Below are positions 19,642-29,582 of a DNA stretch of 64,000 bases, piece by piece. The notes below the pieces were generated by a model that was not told where the DNA came from, searched no databases, and worked only from the letters and a program-made list of their open reading frames with translations. Origin of the DNA: Candidatus Aminicenantes bacterium (GTDB taxonomy: Bacteria > Acidobacteriota > Aminicenantia > Aminicenantales > JAFGBC01); NCBI GenBank assembly GCA_963702005.1, contig OY969696.1:3872001-3936000 (forward strand), in the 5' to 3' direction. Position 1 is the stretch's first letter, and every line of letters begins with the position of its first letter. Made by a program: the position numbers and the translations under genes.

Positions 19642-21639
19642 ATGGGCATGCACGGATCTCGAAAACGGCTGACGGCCCTGGCCGTAATCCTTTTCGGACT
19701 GGCCGCCGTATGGACGGGGAGAGCGGCCCAAGACGCCCTTCCGAACCTGGTCATCCTCTTCAGCCACGACCTCCATTCCAACGTCCTCGCCCGCCCGGTT
19801 GTCGCCGAAAACGGAACCCGGACCGAGTCGGGCGGTTTCGCCCGCCTGGCAACCTTGATCCGACAGGAGCGCCGGCGCGCCGCCGCGCCGCCCCTTGTCG
19901 TGGACGGCGGCGATTACAGCATGGGCACCCTCTTCCATACGCTGTTCATGACCGAATCGGCCGAGCTCCGGCTCCTCGGACTCATGGGTTACGACGCCGC
20001 GACGCTCGGCAACCACGAGTTCGATTTCCGCCTCGACGGCCTGGCCCGGAGCCTGTCCGCGGCCAAGGCCAAGGGGTCGATCCTGCCCGCCCTCGTCGTT
20101 TCCAACCTGGCCGTCGAGGGCTCGGGAGCCGTCGCCGAAGCGGGCCGGGCCGCCCTCCGCGACTATCCCGTCCGCGATTATGCCGTCTTCGAGCGCGCCG
20201 GCCGGAAAGTCGGCGTGTTCGGGATCTTCGGCCTCAACGCCGCCGACGACGCGCCCTTTGCCGGCCCCGCGGTTTTTCTGAATCCCGTCGAGCAGGCCCG
20301 CCGGGTGGTCGACGTGTTGCGGACGCGGGAAAAGGCCGAGCTCGTCGTCTGCCTTTCCCATACGGGCATCAAGCCGGATCGCTCGCGGGCCTGGGATCTC
20401 CTTCTGGCCGAGGAGGTCCCCGGCATCGACGTCATCGTCAGCGGCCATACCCATACGATCCTGACCGAGCCGATCGCCGTCGGGCGCACGCTGATCGTAT
20501 CGTCCGGCAGCAACGGCGACTTTCTGGGCCGGCTGGAGTTGTCCGGAAGCGGGGAAGCGGGCTTCAAGGCCGTCTCGTATGCGCTCCTCCCGGTCGGCCC
20601 CCAGGTCCCGGAAGATCCCGCCGTCGCCGAAGCGGCCGCCGGATTCAAGGGACTGATCGAGCGCCGATTCCTCTCTCGCTATCCGAAAGGCTTCGACGAG
20701 GTCCTGGCCGAAAGCGCGTTCGACATGGAAACGCCCGAAGCCATAGAAGAGAGCGGCGCCGAGTCCGGCCTGGGCGACCTCGTCGTCGACGCCTTCCGGG
20801 AGGCCGTGCGCAAGGCCGAAGGGCCGGCCTATCGCCACGTCCACGTCGTCGTCGAGCCGATCGGCGTCATCCGCGATACGGTTCTGCGGGGCTCGGTCAC
20901 CATCGACAGGGCGTTTCGCATTCTATCCCTCGGCCTCGGAGACGACGGCGAACCCGGCTATCCGCTCTTGGGATTCTATCTGAACGGCCGCGAACTCCGG
21001 CGGCTCCTCGAGGTCCAGGCCTCGATCGTGCCCATGAAGAGCGACGCCGCCCTTCAATTCTCGGGAGCAAAATTTTCCTACAATCCGCGCCGCCTGCCCT
21101 TCGACCGGGTCGGCAAGGCGTCCGTCCTCGAGCCCGACGGCTCGTACCGCCCCCTCGAGATGGGGAAGCTCTACCGCATCGTCGTAAACGCCTACACGGC
21201 CGGCATGGTCGGCTATGTCTCCCGGGAATCCCACGGCCTCCTGAGGATGCAGCCCCGCGACGCGGAAGGACGGATTTTGACCGGGATCATGGACTCGGCG
21301 CTGGACGCCGATCCCGCGCGCCCCGGAGTTCAGGAAATCAAGGAATGGAGCGCGCTGGCCGACGCTCTCCGCGCTTTCCCCGACGCGAACGGGAACGGCG
21401 TCCCCGACATTCCCGAACGCTATCGCCGGCCGGAGGGCCGATTCGCCGCGGCGCCGTCCTGGAATCCGGCGAGGCTGCTTCTCGGCGGCAACGGGCTGAC
21501 CTATGCCGTTCTGGGCATTCTCGCCCTGATCGTCGCGGCCGTCATCCTTGTCATAAGGCGGATCGCGCGTCGGCGCCGGGCCCGCCGATTGGTCCGGCCC
21601 GGTCAGCCCGTCGGCCGTCAAACTCAAGGCAATGAATAA
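19642..21639 (+). CDS. Bifunctional metallophosphatase / 5'-nucleotidase (UshA-like) with C-terminal membrane anchor
   Basis: HDLHS, DGGD, LGNHEFD, LSHTG, GHTH motifs; signal peptide; C-terminal TM. Confidence 0.9.
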   Translation: MGMHGSRKRLTALAVILFGLAAVWTGRAAQDALPNLVILFSHDLHSNVLARPVVAENGTRTESGGFARLATLIRQERRRAAAPPLVVDGGDYSMGTLFHTLFMTESAELRLLGLMGYDAATLGNHEFDFRLDGLARSLSAAKAKGSILPALVVSNLAVEGSGAVAEAGRAALRDYPVRDYAVFERAGRKVGVFGIFGLNAADDAPFAGPAVFLNPVEQARRVVDVLRTREKAELVVCLSHTGIKPDRSRAWDLLLAEEVPGIDVIVSGHTHTILTEPIAVGRTLIVSSGSNGDFLGRLELSGSGEAGFKAVSYALLPVGPQVPEDPAVAEAAAGFKGLIERRFLSRYPKGFDEVLAESAFDMETPEAIEESGAESGLGDLVVDAFREAVRKAEGPAYRHVHVVVEPIGVIRDTVLRGSVTIDRAFRILSLGLGDDGEPGYPLLGFYLNGRELRRLLEVQASIVPMKSDAALQFSGAKFSYNPRRLPFDRVGKASVLEPDGSYRPLEMGKLYRIVVNAYTAGMVGYVSRESHGLLRMQPRDAEGRILTGIMDSALDADPARPGVQEIKEWSALADALRAFPDANGNGVPDIPERYRRPEGRFAAAPSWNPARLLLGGNGLTYAVLGILALIVAAVILVIRRIARRRRARRLVRPGQPVGRQTQGNE

Positions 21640-22345
21640 AGGAATCGTGCTGAGCTTGATTCTAAGCGCGACGATGATCAACGGCGCCTTCGGACAATCC
21701 TATCCTTACGGAGACCATTGGTATGAGAACCCGCTGGGTTTCGACCCGGTCGAGCTCCATGCCAGAAACGGCTTCATCATCCCGGCGGCGGCCGTCGCGC
21801 TTTGTCTGCTTTTGACCGACAAAGACCCGTCTCTGACGGACAGGCTTTCTCTCACCAATGAAAGCGGCGTGTCCTGGGGCTACAAATATCCTTACACGAC
21901 CCTGTATCAAAACAACTCCGGAATGGAATATCGACTGAGAAAGTGGCTGTCCGCGGGCGCGGAGTTGGTCCTCTATTTTCCGCGAGACGAATTCAATAAG
22001 ACCTGGGGGATCGGATTGAGGCCGTTCGCGAGGTTTTATCCCTTTCATAAAAGCTCGTGGAAAGTTTTTTTCGAATCGGGGGGCGGCCTCATTTACTTTT
22101 TCCGCAATTTCCCGAGACCGACCGGCCGAGACCCGAGACTCGGTACGCGCTGGAACGGGACGACCAAATACGGAATCGGCGGCGAAATCGCTCTCGGCGG
22201 GGGGATCTCTCTCTTGTTCGGAGTCCGCCATATTCATGTCTCCAACGGCAACGTCAAAGGGGTGGAGAGAAATCCCTCGCATGACAGCAACGGGCTATGG
22301 ATCGGCTTTTCCCATCGGCCAAGGAGGAACCATGGAATTCAATGA
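21632..22345 (+). CDS. PagL-like (acyloxyacyl hydrolase / lipid A deacylase) beta-barrel protein
   Basis: FESGGG strand and HVSNG catalytic motif followed by NPSHD. Confidence 0.7.
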   Translation: MNKGIVLSLILSATMINGAFGQSYPYGDHWYENPLGFDPVELHARNGFIIPAAAVALCLLLTDKDPSLTDRLSLTNESGVSWGYKYPYTTLYQNNSGMEYRLRKWLSAGAELVLYFPRDEFNKTWGIGLRPFARFYPFHKSSWKVFFESGGGLIYFFRNFPRPTGRDPRLGTRWNGTTKYGIGGEIALGGGISLLFGVRHIHVSNGNVKGVERNPSHDSNGLWIGFSHRPRRNHGIQ

Positions 22346-24077
22346 GTACGGTCAAGGGCAGCAAGCTCAAATGAAGCGCCCTAGAATCCTGCTGCCGGTC
22401 GTCCTCTGCCTCGTCTCGTTCGGAGTTCTTCAATCCCCCGCTCAAGAGCCCGTCGCCGCCCAGGTCGTCAAGGAGCTTCGGGCCAAGATGCCCGAGTGGA
22501 TCAAGGAACGGGAGACGCCCGGCGTCGCGGTGGCCGTCGTCGACGACAAGGCGATCCTCTGGCAGGAAGTCTACGGCTATACCAGCCGGCTCAAGGATAA
22601 GCCCGTGACGCCCCGAACCTTGTTCAGCATCCAGTCCATGTCCAAGAGCTTCGCCGCGCTGGGCATACTCATGGCCGTCCAGGACGGGCTCCTCGACCTC
22701 GACGCGCCGATCACGGATTATCTTCCCGATTTCAGCGTCCAGAGCCGTTACGAGGATCATCCCGAGCGGACCATAACCCTCCGACGCCTCCTTTGCCACC
22801 GGGCGGGATTCACGCACGAGGCGCCCGTGGGCGGCAATTTCGACAGCCGTCCGATCACCTTCAACGAGCACATCCTCAGCATCTCCGACACCTGGCTCCG
22901 CTACCCGGTCGGCTACCGATACAGCTACTCGAATTTAGGGATCGACCTGGCCGGCTTCATCCTGGAGAAAAAGTCGGGGAAACCGTTCGCGGCTTATATC
23001 CGCGAGGAGGTGCTGACCCCCTTGGGGATGAACGACAGCACCCTCGACGCGGCCGCCATCCTGAAGGCGGAGGACCGCGCGATCGGCCACGCCGCGCCCA
23101 ACCTGGCCGTCTCCGGGGGAATTCCGGTCGAGATCCCCCTTATCCCTTCCGGCGGCGTTTACACCAATATCCTCGACATGGCGCGCTACCTCCTGTTCCA
23201 TATTAACGAGGGTTGCGTAGACGGACGCCGGCTGCTGCGCGAGGATCTGATGCGGGCCATGCATACGGTCGCCTTCCCCGAGCCCCACGAGAGGTTCGGG
23301 TATGGGCTGGGGATCGGGGTCGATCATTTCGGGCCGTATGTCTATTATTCCCACGGCGGGGGCGGCTACGGCTTCACGAGCCAGATGATCATGTTCCCCG
23401 GGCTCAAACTGGGCGTCATCGTCCTGACGAATTCGGAATACGGCAGCATCGCCGGAGGCCGGATCTCCGCCCTCATCGGCGACTTGATCGAAAAATCGGC
23501 CGGCCCTCCGGGCCCGGAGTTCGAAAAGCCGACGGTCGATACCCGCAGCCCGCTCGCGCCCGCTGACGCCCGGATTCAGAGGCTCGCCGGCGAATACGGG
23601 AACAACGTCGTCGTCGGGCTCAAGGACGGCGTTTTCGGCATCGCCATCGGAAAGGACTTCTACCCGCTTTCCTTTTACGATGACCGGGGCGAGGTTGTCG
23701 GCGTGTTCGGCAAATACTCCGAGCTTCGGGTCAAGCCGCCGCTCCTCGACCAGCCCGGGACACTTGTCCACCTCAACCGCCTGTCCGGGACGATTTCCTA
23801 TTATGACTTCCACAAGCCGGAAAAATCGGCCGACAAGCCGGGGCCGGACAAGCCGGAATGGAAGCGGTATCTCGGGGTCTACAGGACGCTCATGTGGGGC
23901 AGGGCTTTTGGATTTGTGGCGACGATCGGCATCGGCGACGGCTATCTGACGTTCAACGGGATGCGCTGCCGCGAGCACCTGCCGGGGCTCTTCTTCACCT
24001 TCGACGGGGAAGCGCTCGATTTCCGGGGGACGGTCGCGACCTTCCGCAACATCCCCCTGATCCGCACCAAGAGATAA
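22332..24077 (+). CDS. Serine hydrolase (beta-lactamase class C-like)
   Basis: SMSK, LLCHRAG, YSYSN, HGGG motifs; RBS AAGGAGG before ATG 22332 (alternative ATG 22371). Confidence 0.88.
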   Translation: MEFNEYGQGQQAQMKRPRILLPVVLCLVSFGVLQSPAQEPVAAQVVKELRAKMPEWIKERETPGVAVAVVDDKAILWQEVYGYTSRLKDKPVTPRTLFSIQSMSKSFAALGILMAVQDGLLDLDAPITDYLPDFSVQSRYEDHPERTITLRRLLCHRAGFTHEAPVGGNFDSRPITFNEHILSISDTWLRYPVGYRYSYSNLGIDLAGFILEKKSGKPFAAYIREEVLTPLGMNDSTLDAAAILKAEDRAIGHAAPNLAVSGGIPVEIPLIPSGGVYTNILDMARYLLFHINEGCVDGRRLLREDLMRAMHTVAFPEPHERFGYGLGIGVDHFGPYVYYSHGGGGYGFTSQMIMFPGLKLGVIVLTNSEYGSIAGGRISALIGDLIEKSAGPPGPEFEKPTVDTRSPLAPADARIQRLAGEYGNNVVVGLKDGVFGIAIGKDFYPLSFYDDRGEVVGVFGKYSELRVKPPLLDQPGTLVHLNRLSGTISYYDFHKPEKSADKPGPDKPEWKRYLGVYRTLMWGRAFGFVATIGIGDGYLTFNGMRCREHLPGLFFTFDGEALDFRGTVATFRNIPLIRTKR

Positions 24078-24140
24078 TAATCGGGGTCAAACCTACACTT
24101 TTGCACTTTTTACCAAAGTGTAGGTTTGACCCCGATTATT
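24076..24140. repeat. REP-like family A hairpin (26-bp stem) between convergent genes; possible bidirectional terminator
   Basis: aataatcggggtcaaacctacacttt / aaagtgtaggtttgaccccgattatt; overlaps both TAA stops. Confidence 0.88.
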
Positions 24141-24993
24141 TCCGGAGGAAGGTGCCGTTCCGGTATTCGCGGAAGGCTTGCTCAAGCTCTTCATCGGTGT
24201 TCATGACGATGGGGCCGCGCCAGGCGATGGGCTCCTTGAGGGACGCCCCGCAGAGAAGGAGAAAGCGGAGGGGCGCTTCCCCCGCCTCGATGACGGCCGT
24301 TTCGCCGTCCCGGTAGAGCACGCAGTGGAGGGGCGAGACCTTAGTCTTGTGTTCGGGATCGAACGTCCCCTCGCCCTCAAAAACATAGGCGAAGGCGTTT
24401 TGACCCGACGGAAGCCGGGGCTCGAAGCGGCCTCCGGCGGCGATCGTGACATCCAGGCAGCTGATTTCGTCGACGATATCCCGGACCGGGCCTTGGGTCC
24501 GGCCCTGGCGTCCGGCGATGATTCTCGCCTCGACTCCCCTCGCCGGCTCGACGAGGGGGACATCCTCGGCCCTGACGTCGCGGTAGCGCGGGTCCATCAT
24601 CTTGCTGTTCCGCGGCAGGTTGACCCACAGCTGGAACCCGCCCATCCGGCCCTTGATCGGCTTCGGCATCTCCTGGTGGATGATCCCGTTCCCGGCCGTC
24701 ATCCACTGGATCTGGCCGGGCCCGATCACGCCCTTATTCCCCAAGCTGTCGCCGTGCTCGACCTCGCCCCGGAGCATGTAGGTCACGGTCTCGATCCCTC
24801 GATGGGGATGCCAGGGAAAGCCGGCCAGGTAGTCCTCGGGGTTATCGGAGCGGAAGTCGTCCAGCATCAGGAACGGGTCGAAGAGGGGGATTTGCCTGTA
24901 GCCGAACACCCGGTTGAGATGGACCCCGGCGCCCTCCTCGGTCGGTTGGGCCTTGAAAATATGGGCGATGGCTCTGTGTTTCTTCATGCCCAT
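24136..24993 (-). CDS. Pirin family protein
   Basis: DPFLMLD, GFPWHPHRGIETVTY, QWMTAG.GI.HQE, FQLWVNLP, GPIVMNT. Confidence 0.93.
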   Translation of the reverse strand: MGMKKHRAIAHIFKAQPTEEGAGVHLNRVFGYRQIPLFDPFLMLDDFRSDNPEDYLAGFPWHPHRGIETVTYMLRGEVEHGDSLGNKGVIGPGQIQWMTAGNGIIHQEMPKPIKGRMGGFQLWVNLPRNSKMMDPRYRDVRAEDVPLVEPARGVEARIIAGRQGRTQGPVRDIVDEISCLDVTIAAGGRFEPRLPSGQNAFAYVFEGEGTFDPEHKTKVSPLHCVLYRDGETAVIEAGEAPLRFLLLCGASLKEPIAWRGPIVMNTDEELEQAFREYRNGTFLRK

Positions 24994-25601
24994 CAACTCT
25001 TCTCCCGCCACTCCTTTAAAAGCGACAACATCAGCTTGGCGTTCTCGGCGTTGTAGCCGCCCGTCATCAGCTTGTTGAAGTCCTCGGGATAGCGCTCGCT
25101 CACCCAGGTCGAGAACGGCTCGAACTTGCTCGTGAACAGCTCCTGGCCTTCGGGAGTCTCTTCGATCTTGACTCGTTCGATCAAGCTGTCCCGGAACGTC
25201 ACCGTCGCCTTGGCGAAGTCCGCCTGAATCCCCAGCAGCCGGAACGACTCGTTGATCTCCGATGTCCGAAGGACGACCGTCGTTCCGTCGATTTTGAGGT
25301 CGAGGATATCGACCTGAGACTGGTTGACGGCGTCGAATTCGAACAGGTCGCGCAGTTGCTCTTTCCCCGCGATCTTTGTGTCGTCCATCTCGAATACGGC
25401 GTCGTCCGTGTAGAAGGCCAGAAGTTTCTCGATGTCGTGCTTCTTCATGACCTGGAAGCAATCCCGGGTGATTTTCGTCAAATCCGGCTTGGCGGGCGGC
25501 GCTGTCTCCTCCTGGCCGCGAACGGCGGATGACGACGGGCCATAAACGACAAGCAACAAGAAAACGATCCCAACGGGAAATCCAAAGGTTTTTTTGCTCA
25601 C
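24993..25601 (-). CDS. Secreted NTF2/SnoaL-like protein
   Basis: Signal peptide; HDIEKLLAFYTDDAVF and GKEQLR pattern. Confidence 0.7.
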   Translation of the reverse strand: MSKKTFGFPVGIVFLLLVVYGPSSSAVRGQEETAPPAKPDLTKITRDCFQVMKKHDIEKLLAFYTDDAVFEMDDTKIAGKEQLRDLFEFDAVNQSQVDILDLKIDGTTVVLRTSEINESFRLLGIQADFAKATVTFRDSLIERVKIEETPEGQELFTSKFEPFSTWVSERYPEDFNKLMTGGYNAENAKLMLSLLKEWREKS

Positions 25602-25779
25602 GGGGCCTTCCTTATGGTCTTCGTCATTTATACCTTGCGAAAATGGCGGCGTCAAGCCGCGACGCAAACGCGCGGGGGGCGAAAAGGGACATGGTTAAGC
25701 GTCACCATTAAGCCGCGGGATCCGCTCTCGCCGCTTGACGGAATCGCCCAAAGGTGGTATCAAAAAAAAGGAGGTCGCC

Positions 25780-26553
25780 ATGAAAAGAGGGTTTCTGAAA
25801 ACATCGGTCTTAGCATCCTTGCTCATCTTTGCCGCGTTCGGCTGGGCGGCGGCGCAGGAATTAAAAACCATCAAGCTCAACGCGCCGAACAAGAAACGAG
25901 GGCTTCCCGTCATGGAGGCCTTGTCGGTCAGGGCCTCCGTCAGGGAATGGTCCGATAAGGACCTGAGCCTCCAGGATCTGTCCGACCTGCTCTGGGCGGC
26001 CAACGGCATCAACCGCCCCGACAGCGGGAAGCGTACGGCCTCATCGGCCATGAACGCCCAGGATGTCGACATCTACATCTTCATGAAGGACGGCGCCTAC
26101 CTGTATGACGCCGCTCAACACGCGTTGAATCCCGTGGCCGGCGGAGACTACCGGACGGAGATAACCATGCGGCCGCCAGGGGGTCCGGGCGGCCCTCCGG
26201 GCGCCAAACCGGAAGGCCCGCCGCCGACTCCGCCCGCCAAACCCGAGGGCCCTCCGGGAGCTCCGCCGGGAGGAGGGCCGGGCGGTCCGCCATCGCCCGC
26301 GCCGATTCAGCTGATTCTTGTCTCGGACATATCCCGCTTCAGCCGCGGAGAGCAGGCGCAAAAACTGGAATGGGCGAACATCGATACCGGGATCGTTTCC
26401 CAAAACATCTCTCTGTTTTGCGCGGCGACCGGGGTCGCCACCAGGCCGCGCGCCGGCATGAACAAAGACCTCATCAAAAGCCTGCTGAAACTCAAGGACA
26501 CCCAATACCCGATCTTGAACCATCCGGTCGGCTATCCAAAAGCGGCTTCCTGA
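25780..26553 (+). CDS. Secreted nitroreductase-family (SagB/ThcOx-like) protein with a Pro/Gly-rich insertion
   Basis: ALSVRASVRE, LSDLLWAANG, KRTASSA, DTGIVSQNISLFC; RBS AAGGAGG. Confidence 0.82.
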   Translation: MKRGFLKTSVLASLLIFAAFGWAAAQELKTIKLNAPNKKRGLPVMEALSVRASVREWSDKDLSLQDLSDLLWAANGINRPDSGKRTASSAMNAQDVDIYIFMKDGAYLYDAAQHALNPVAGGDYRTEITMRPPGGPGGPPGAKPEGPPPTPPAKPEGPPGAPPGGGPGGPPSPAPIQLILVSDISRFSRGEQAQKLEWANIDTGIVSQNISLFCAATGVATRPRAGMNKDLIKSLLKLKDTQYPILNHPVGYPKAAS

Positions 26554-26589
26554 CCGTCCGACCCCGGATAGAAAAGGACCGAGGCGGGG

Positions 26590-27744
26590 CTAACTCCCGA
26601 CCTTGACCCATCGCCCCGTCTTGGCGGACTCGACGGCCGCGTCGATGACGCACATCTCCTCGTGGCCCGTCCGGAAGTCGGGGAAGCGGACCTCGAAGGG
26701 CTTGCCGGCGCGTTTCGCCCCGAGGGCTTCGTAGTAGTCGCGAAAGAGATTGAAGACCGCGTCGTGATAGCCCATCGGATGGCCCGTGGGGAGGGCCGCG
26801 TATTTCCGGGTTTCCTCCGCCTGGAGCGCCGCGGACTCGTAAAAGACCTCGTTACCCCGGTCGCGGTGTCCGATCCAGAGGGCGTTGGGATGGACGTGGC
26901 TCCAGGCATAGGATTCCTTGGACCCGAAGATCTGGAGCTCGATGTCGACCTTGCGTCCGGCGGCCGCCTGGCAGGTCGTGAAATTCCCCCGGGCCCCGTT
27001 ATCCAGGCGGAGGAACATCGAGGCGTAGTCGTCGAGCTTGATCTCGACCTCCTCATAGTCGTCGGCTTTCTGGGAGCTGAAAGACAAGGGCCCGGATTTC
27101 GGCTTGCGGCGCCGCGGCAGGCAGGTGTGAAGCTCGGCCATGACCTCCGCGATCTTCCGCCCGGTGATGAACTGGACCAGGTCGCACCAGTGGCTCCCCA
27201 GGTCGGCGATGACGTTGGCGCCGCCCGCGACCTTGGGGTCCAAGCGCCATGAATAGTCCGTGTCGAAAAACAGCCAGTCTTGGAGGAAATGACCGAGGAA
27301 AGCCCGGACCTCCCCCAGCTCGCCGCGCCGAACCCGGGCGGCCGCTTCCTGGACGACCGGATAATACCTGTAGCAGAAGTTGATGGCGGTCAAAGTCTTG
27401 TGTCGGACCGCCAGCGAGACGAGCTCCGCGGATTCCTTCGAGTTGAGAGACAGCGGTTTTTCCGAAAGGACTTCCTTGCCGGCCAGGATGGCCTTGGTGT
27501 TGATGTCGAAATGGACGTTGTTGGGCGCGCAGTCGTGGACGACATCGATCGCGCGGTCCGCGATGAGCTCGTCCGCGTTCGCATAGACCTTGGGAATCTC
27601 GAGCCTATCGGCGGCCCTGCGGGCGAGGTCGCGATTCGTGTCGGCCACGGCCAGGACTTCGACCTCGACCATCCGACGCAGCATTTCGAGGTGGACCATC
27701 CCGATGTAGCCCGTGCCGATCAAGCCGACTTTGATTTTGGCCAT
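26590..27744 (-). CDS. Gfo/Idh/MocA family oxidoreductase
   Basis: GLIGTGYIG, EKP, DLGSHWCD. Confidence 0.92.
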   Translation of the reverse strand: MAKIKVGLIGTGYIGMVHLEMLRRMVEVEVLAVADTNRDLARRAADRLEIPKVYANADELIADRAIDVVHDCAPNNVHFDINTKAILAGKEVLSEKPLSLNSKESAELVSLAVRHKTLTAINFCYRYYPVVQEAAARVRRGELGEVRAFLGHFLQDWLFFDTDYSWRLDPKVAGGANVIADLGSHWCDLVQFITGRKIAEVMAELHTCLPRRRKPKSGPLSFSSQKADDYEEVEIKLDDYASMFLRLDNGARGNFTTCQAAAGRKVDIELQIFGSKESYAWSHVHPNALWIGHRDRGNEVFYESAALQAEETRKYAALPTGHPMGYHDAVFNLFRDYYEALGAKRAGKPFEVRFPDFRTGHEEMCVIDAAVESAKTGRWVKVGS

Positions 27745-27867
27745 GGTGTCCTCCCGTCGGCCTCAGCATAACCCAATCGGCGCAGCGCGGTAAAGCCGAA
27801 AACGCGACATCGGCGACTGTCGTTGGACCAAGGATTTGGGCTATAATGGCGGAAAGCGAGGGTACCC

Positions 27868-28410
27868 ATGAAACTAGCGGACGTTAAAGCCATGAGGCGC
27901 CGGGCGGCCCATCTCCTCGACGCGGCCGGGATCGTCCTCCGACCCCGGGAAAAGAACGCGATCGAGATTTCGGATTTCGGCCTGGGCGACGTCGAGCGGC
28001 TCGGGCTCCTCGTCTTCGTCTACGAAAACAACGACACCTATTGCGCCAAGGAGATCGTCCTCCTTCCGCGCCAGATGTGCCCCGAGCACCGCCATCCTCT
28101 CATCAGCGAGCAAAACCCGGGGAAGCGGGAGACCTTCCGCTGCCGCTGGGGCACGGTCTATCTCTACGTGGACGGGGAACCCACGCCGAAGCCCAAGGCC
28201 AAGGTGCCGTCGGACTACGCGCCCTATATCACGGTCCGGCACGAAATCGTGCTGCGGGCGGGCGACCAATGCACGCTGCCGCCCGACTCGCTCCACTGGT
28301 TCCAGGCCGGGACCAAAGGAGCCGTGCTTTCCGAATTTTCCTCGACGAGCGTCGACGAGCGCGACGTCTGGACCGACCCGCGGCTGCGCCGGCTCCCCGA
28401 GATCGATTAA
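27868..28410 (+). CDS. D-lyxose/D-mannose family sugar isomerase (cupin)
   Basis: YCAKEI, QMCPEHRHP, GKRETFRCRWG, HWFQAG, EFSSTS. Confidence 0.88.
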   Translation: MKLADVKAMRRRAAHLLDAAGIVLRPREKNAIEISDFGLGDVERLGLLVFVYENNDTYCAKEIVLLPRQMCPEHRHPLISEQNPGKRETFRCRWGTVYLYVDGEPTPKPKAKVPSDYAPYITVRHEIVLRAGDQCTLPPDSLHWFQAGTKGAVLSEFSSTSVDERDVWTDPRLRRLPEID

Positions 28411-28427
28411 CCGAAGCGGACAGCCGT

Positions 28428-29582
28428 ATGGCCCCCGTTATCGAGATCGGCGTTCCCGTCGAGGAGATCGAAGAGCGCCGGGCCCGGGTCGAGGCGGCCC
28501 GCCGCTTCGCGGCGCCCGACCGCGTCCCCGTCATCCCCGCCCTCGCCCACCGCTTCCTCGTCCCGAAAGTGGGCGTCCGCTTCAAGGATTACTACGCCGA
28601 CCCCGAGGTCATGCTCCGAACCCAGATCCTGGCCCAGAAATGGCTTATGGAGAACGTTCGCACCGACGCCTACGCGATCAGCGGCCCCTGGGTTGGCGCC
28701 TGGACCGACTTCCAAAATTCGTTCGAAGCGGGGAGCTTGGGCGTCGAGATCCTCTTTCCCGACGACGACATCCCCTGGGTCGGGCCCGGCTGGGTCAAGG
28801 ACAAAAAGGACCTCGAGCGGCTCGAAGGCATGGACTTCATCCGGTCCGGGATCAACGCCCGCCAGATCGCCTACCGCAAAGTCATGATCGTCGTCGCCGA
28901 AAAATATCCGGTCCGTTTCCGGGGCGGTCCGCTGTTCTATCCGGGGGCGAACCCGGCGCTGACCCACACCTCGGACGGGCCGTTCGGCGTCGCGGGCGAC
29001 CTCATGGGCAAGACCGAGATTTTCGTCGCCGTCAAGGAGCAACCCGATTTCGTGCGTGAGCTGCTGCGGATCGTGACCGACAAGCTCATCGCCTACCTGG
29101 ATTACTGCTGGAGGGAGGAGGCCCTCCCCGAGCCGCGCGACTTCGCCTGGACCGACGACCTGGCCGTTTCGCTCTCGGCCGCGACCTACCGCGAGATCGT
29201 CCTCCCCTATGAGAAAAAATTGCGGTTTCATTTCGACGGCCGGACGAGCCTCCATATGTGCGGCCGGAGCGACCATCTTCTCGAGATCTTCCGGGACGAG
29301 CTCCGCATCCATGAGCTGCAGGGCTTCGGCTACGAGGTCGGGCTGGAACGCATTCGGGACATTATGGGCGGGCGGGTCGTCCTCCTCGGGAACGTCAACC
29401 CGATGCTCATCCATTCCGGAACGCCGCAGGAGGTGAGGGAAGCGACGCGGCGGGTCATTGAGGTCCTGGGGCCGTCGCGGGGCCTCATCGTCCAGGACGG
29501 GAACAACATTCCGCCCGGCTCGCCGCTTGAGAACATCAACGCCATGATGGAGGCGGCCGAGATGTACGGCCGCTATGAATGA
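28428..29582 (+). CDS. Uroporphyrinogen decarboxylase / MtaA-like family protein
   Basis: PDRVPV, GPFGVA, LHMCG, GNVNP, GTPQEV, ENINAM. Confidence 0.8.
   Translation: MAPVIEIGVPVEEIEERRARVEAARRFAAPDRVPVIPALAHRFLVPKVGVRFKDYYADPEVMLRTQILAQKWLMENVRTDAYAISGPWVGAWTDFQNSFEAGSLGVEILFPDDDIPWVGPGWVKDKKDLERLEGMDFIRSGINARQIAYRKVMIVVAEKYPVRFRGGPLFYPGANPALTHTSDGPFGVAGDLMGKTEIFVAVKEQPDFVRELLRIVTDKLIAYLDYCWREEALPEPRDFAWTDDLAVSLSAATYREIVLPYEKKLRFHFDGRTSLHMCGRSDHLLEIFRDELRIHELQGFGYEVGLERIRDIMGGRVVLLGNVNPMLIHSGTPQEVREATRRVIEVLGPSRGLIVQDGNNIPPGSPLENINAMMEAAEMYGRYE

Noticed and set aside
25780-26553. Azole-RiPP (SagB) biosynthetic cluster
   Set aside because: The protein has a signal peptide, and there is no YcaO or precursor gene nearby
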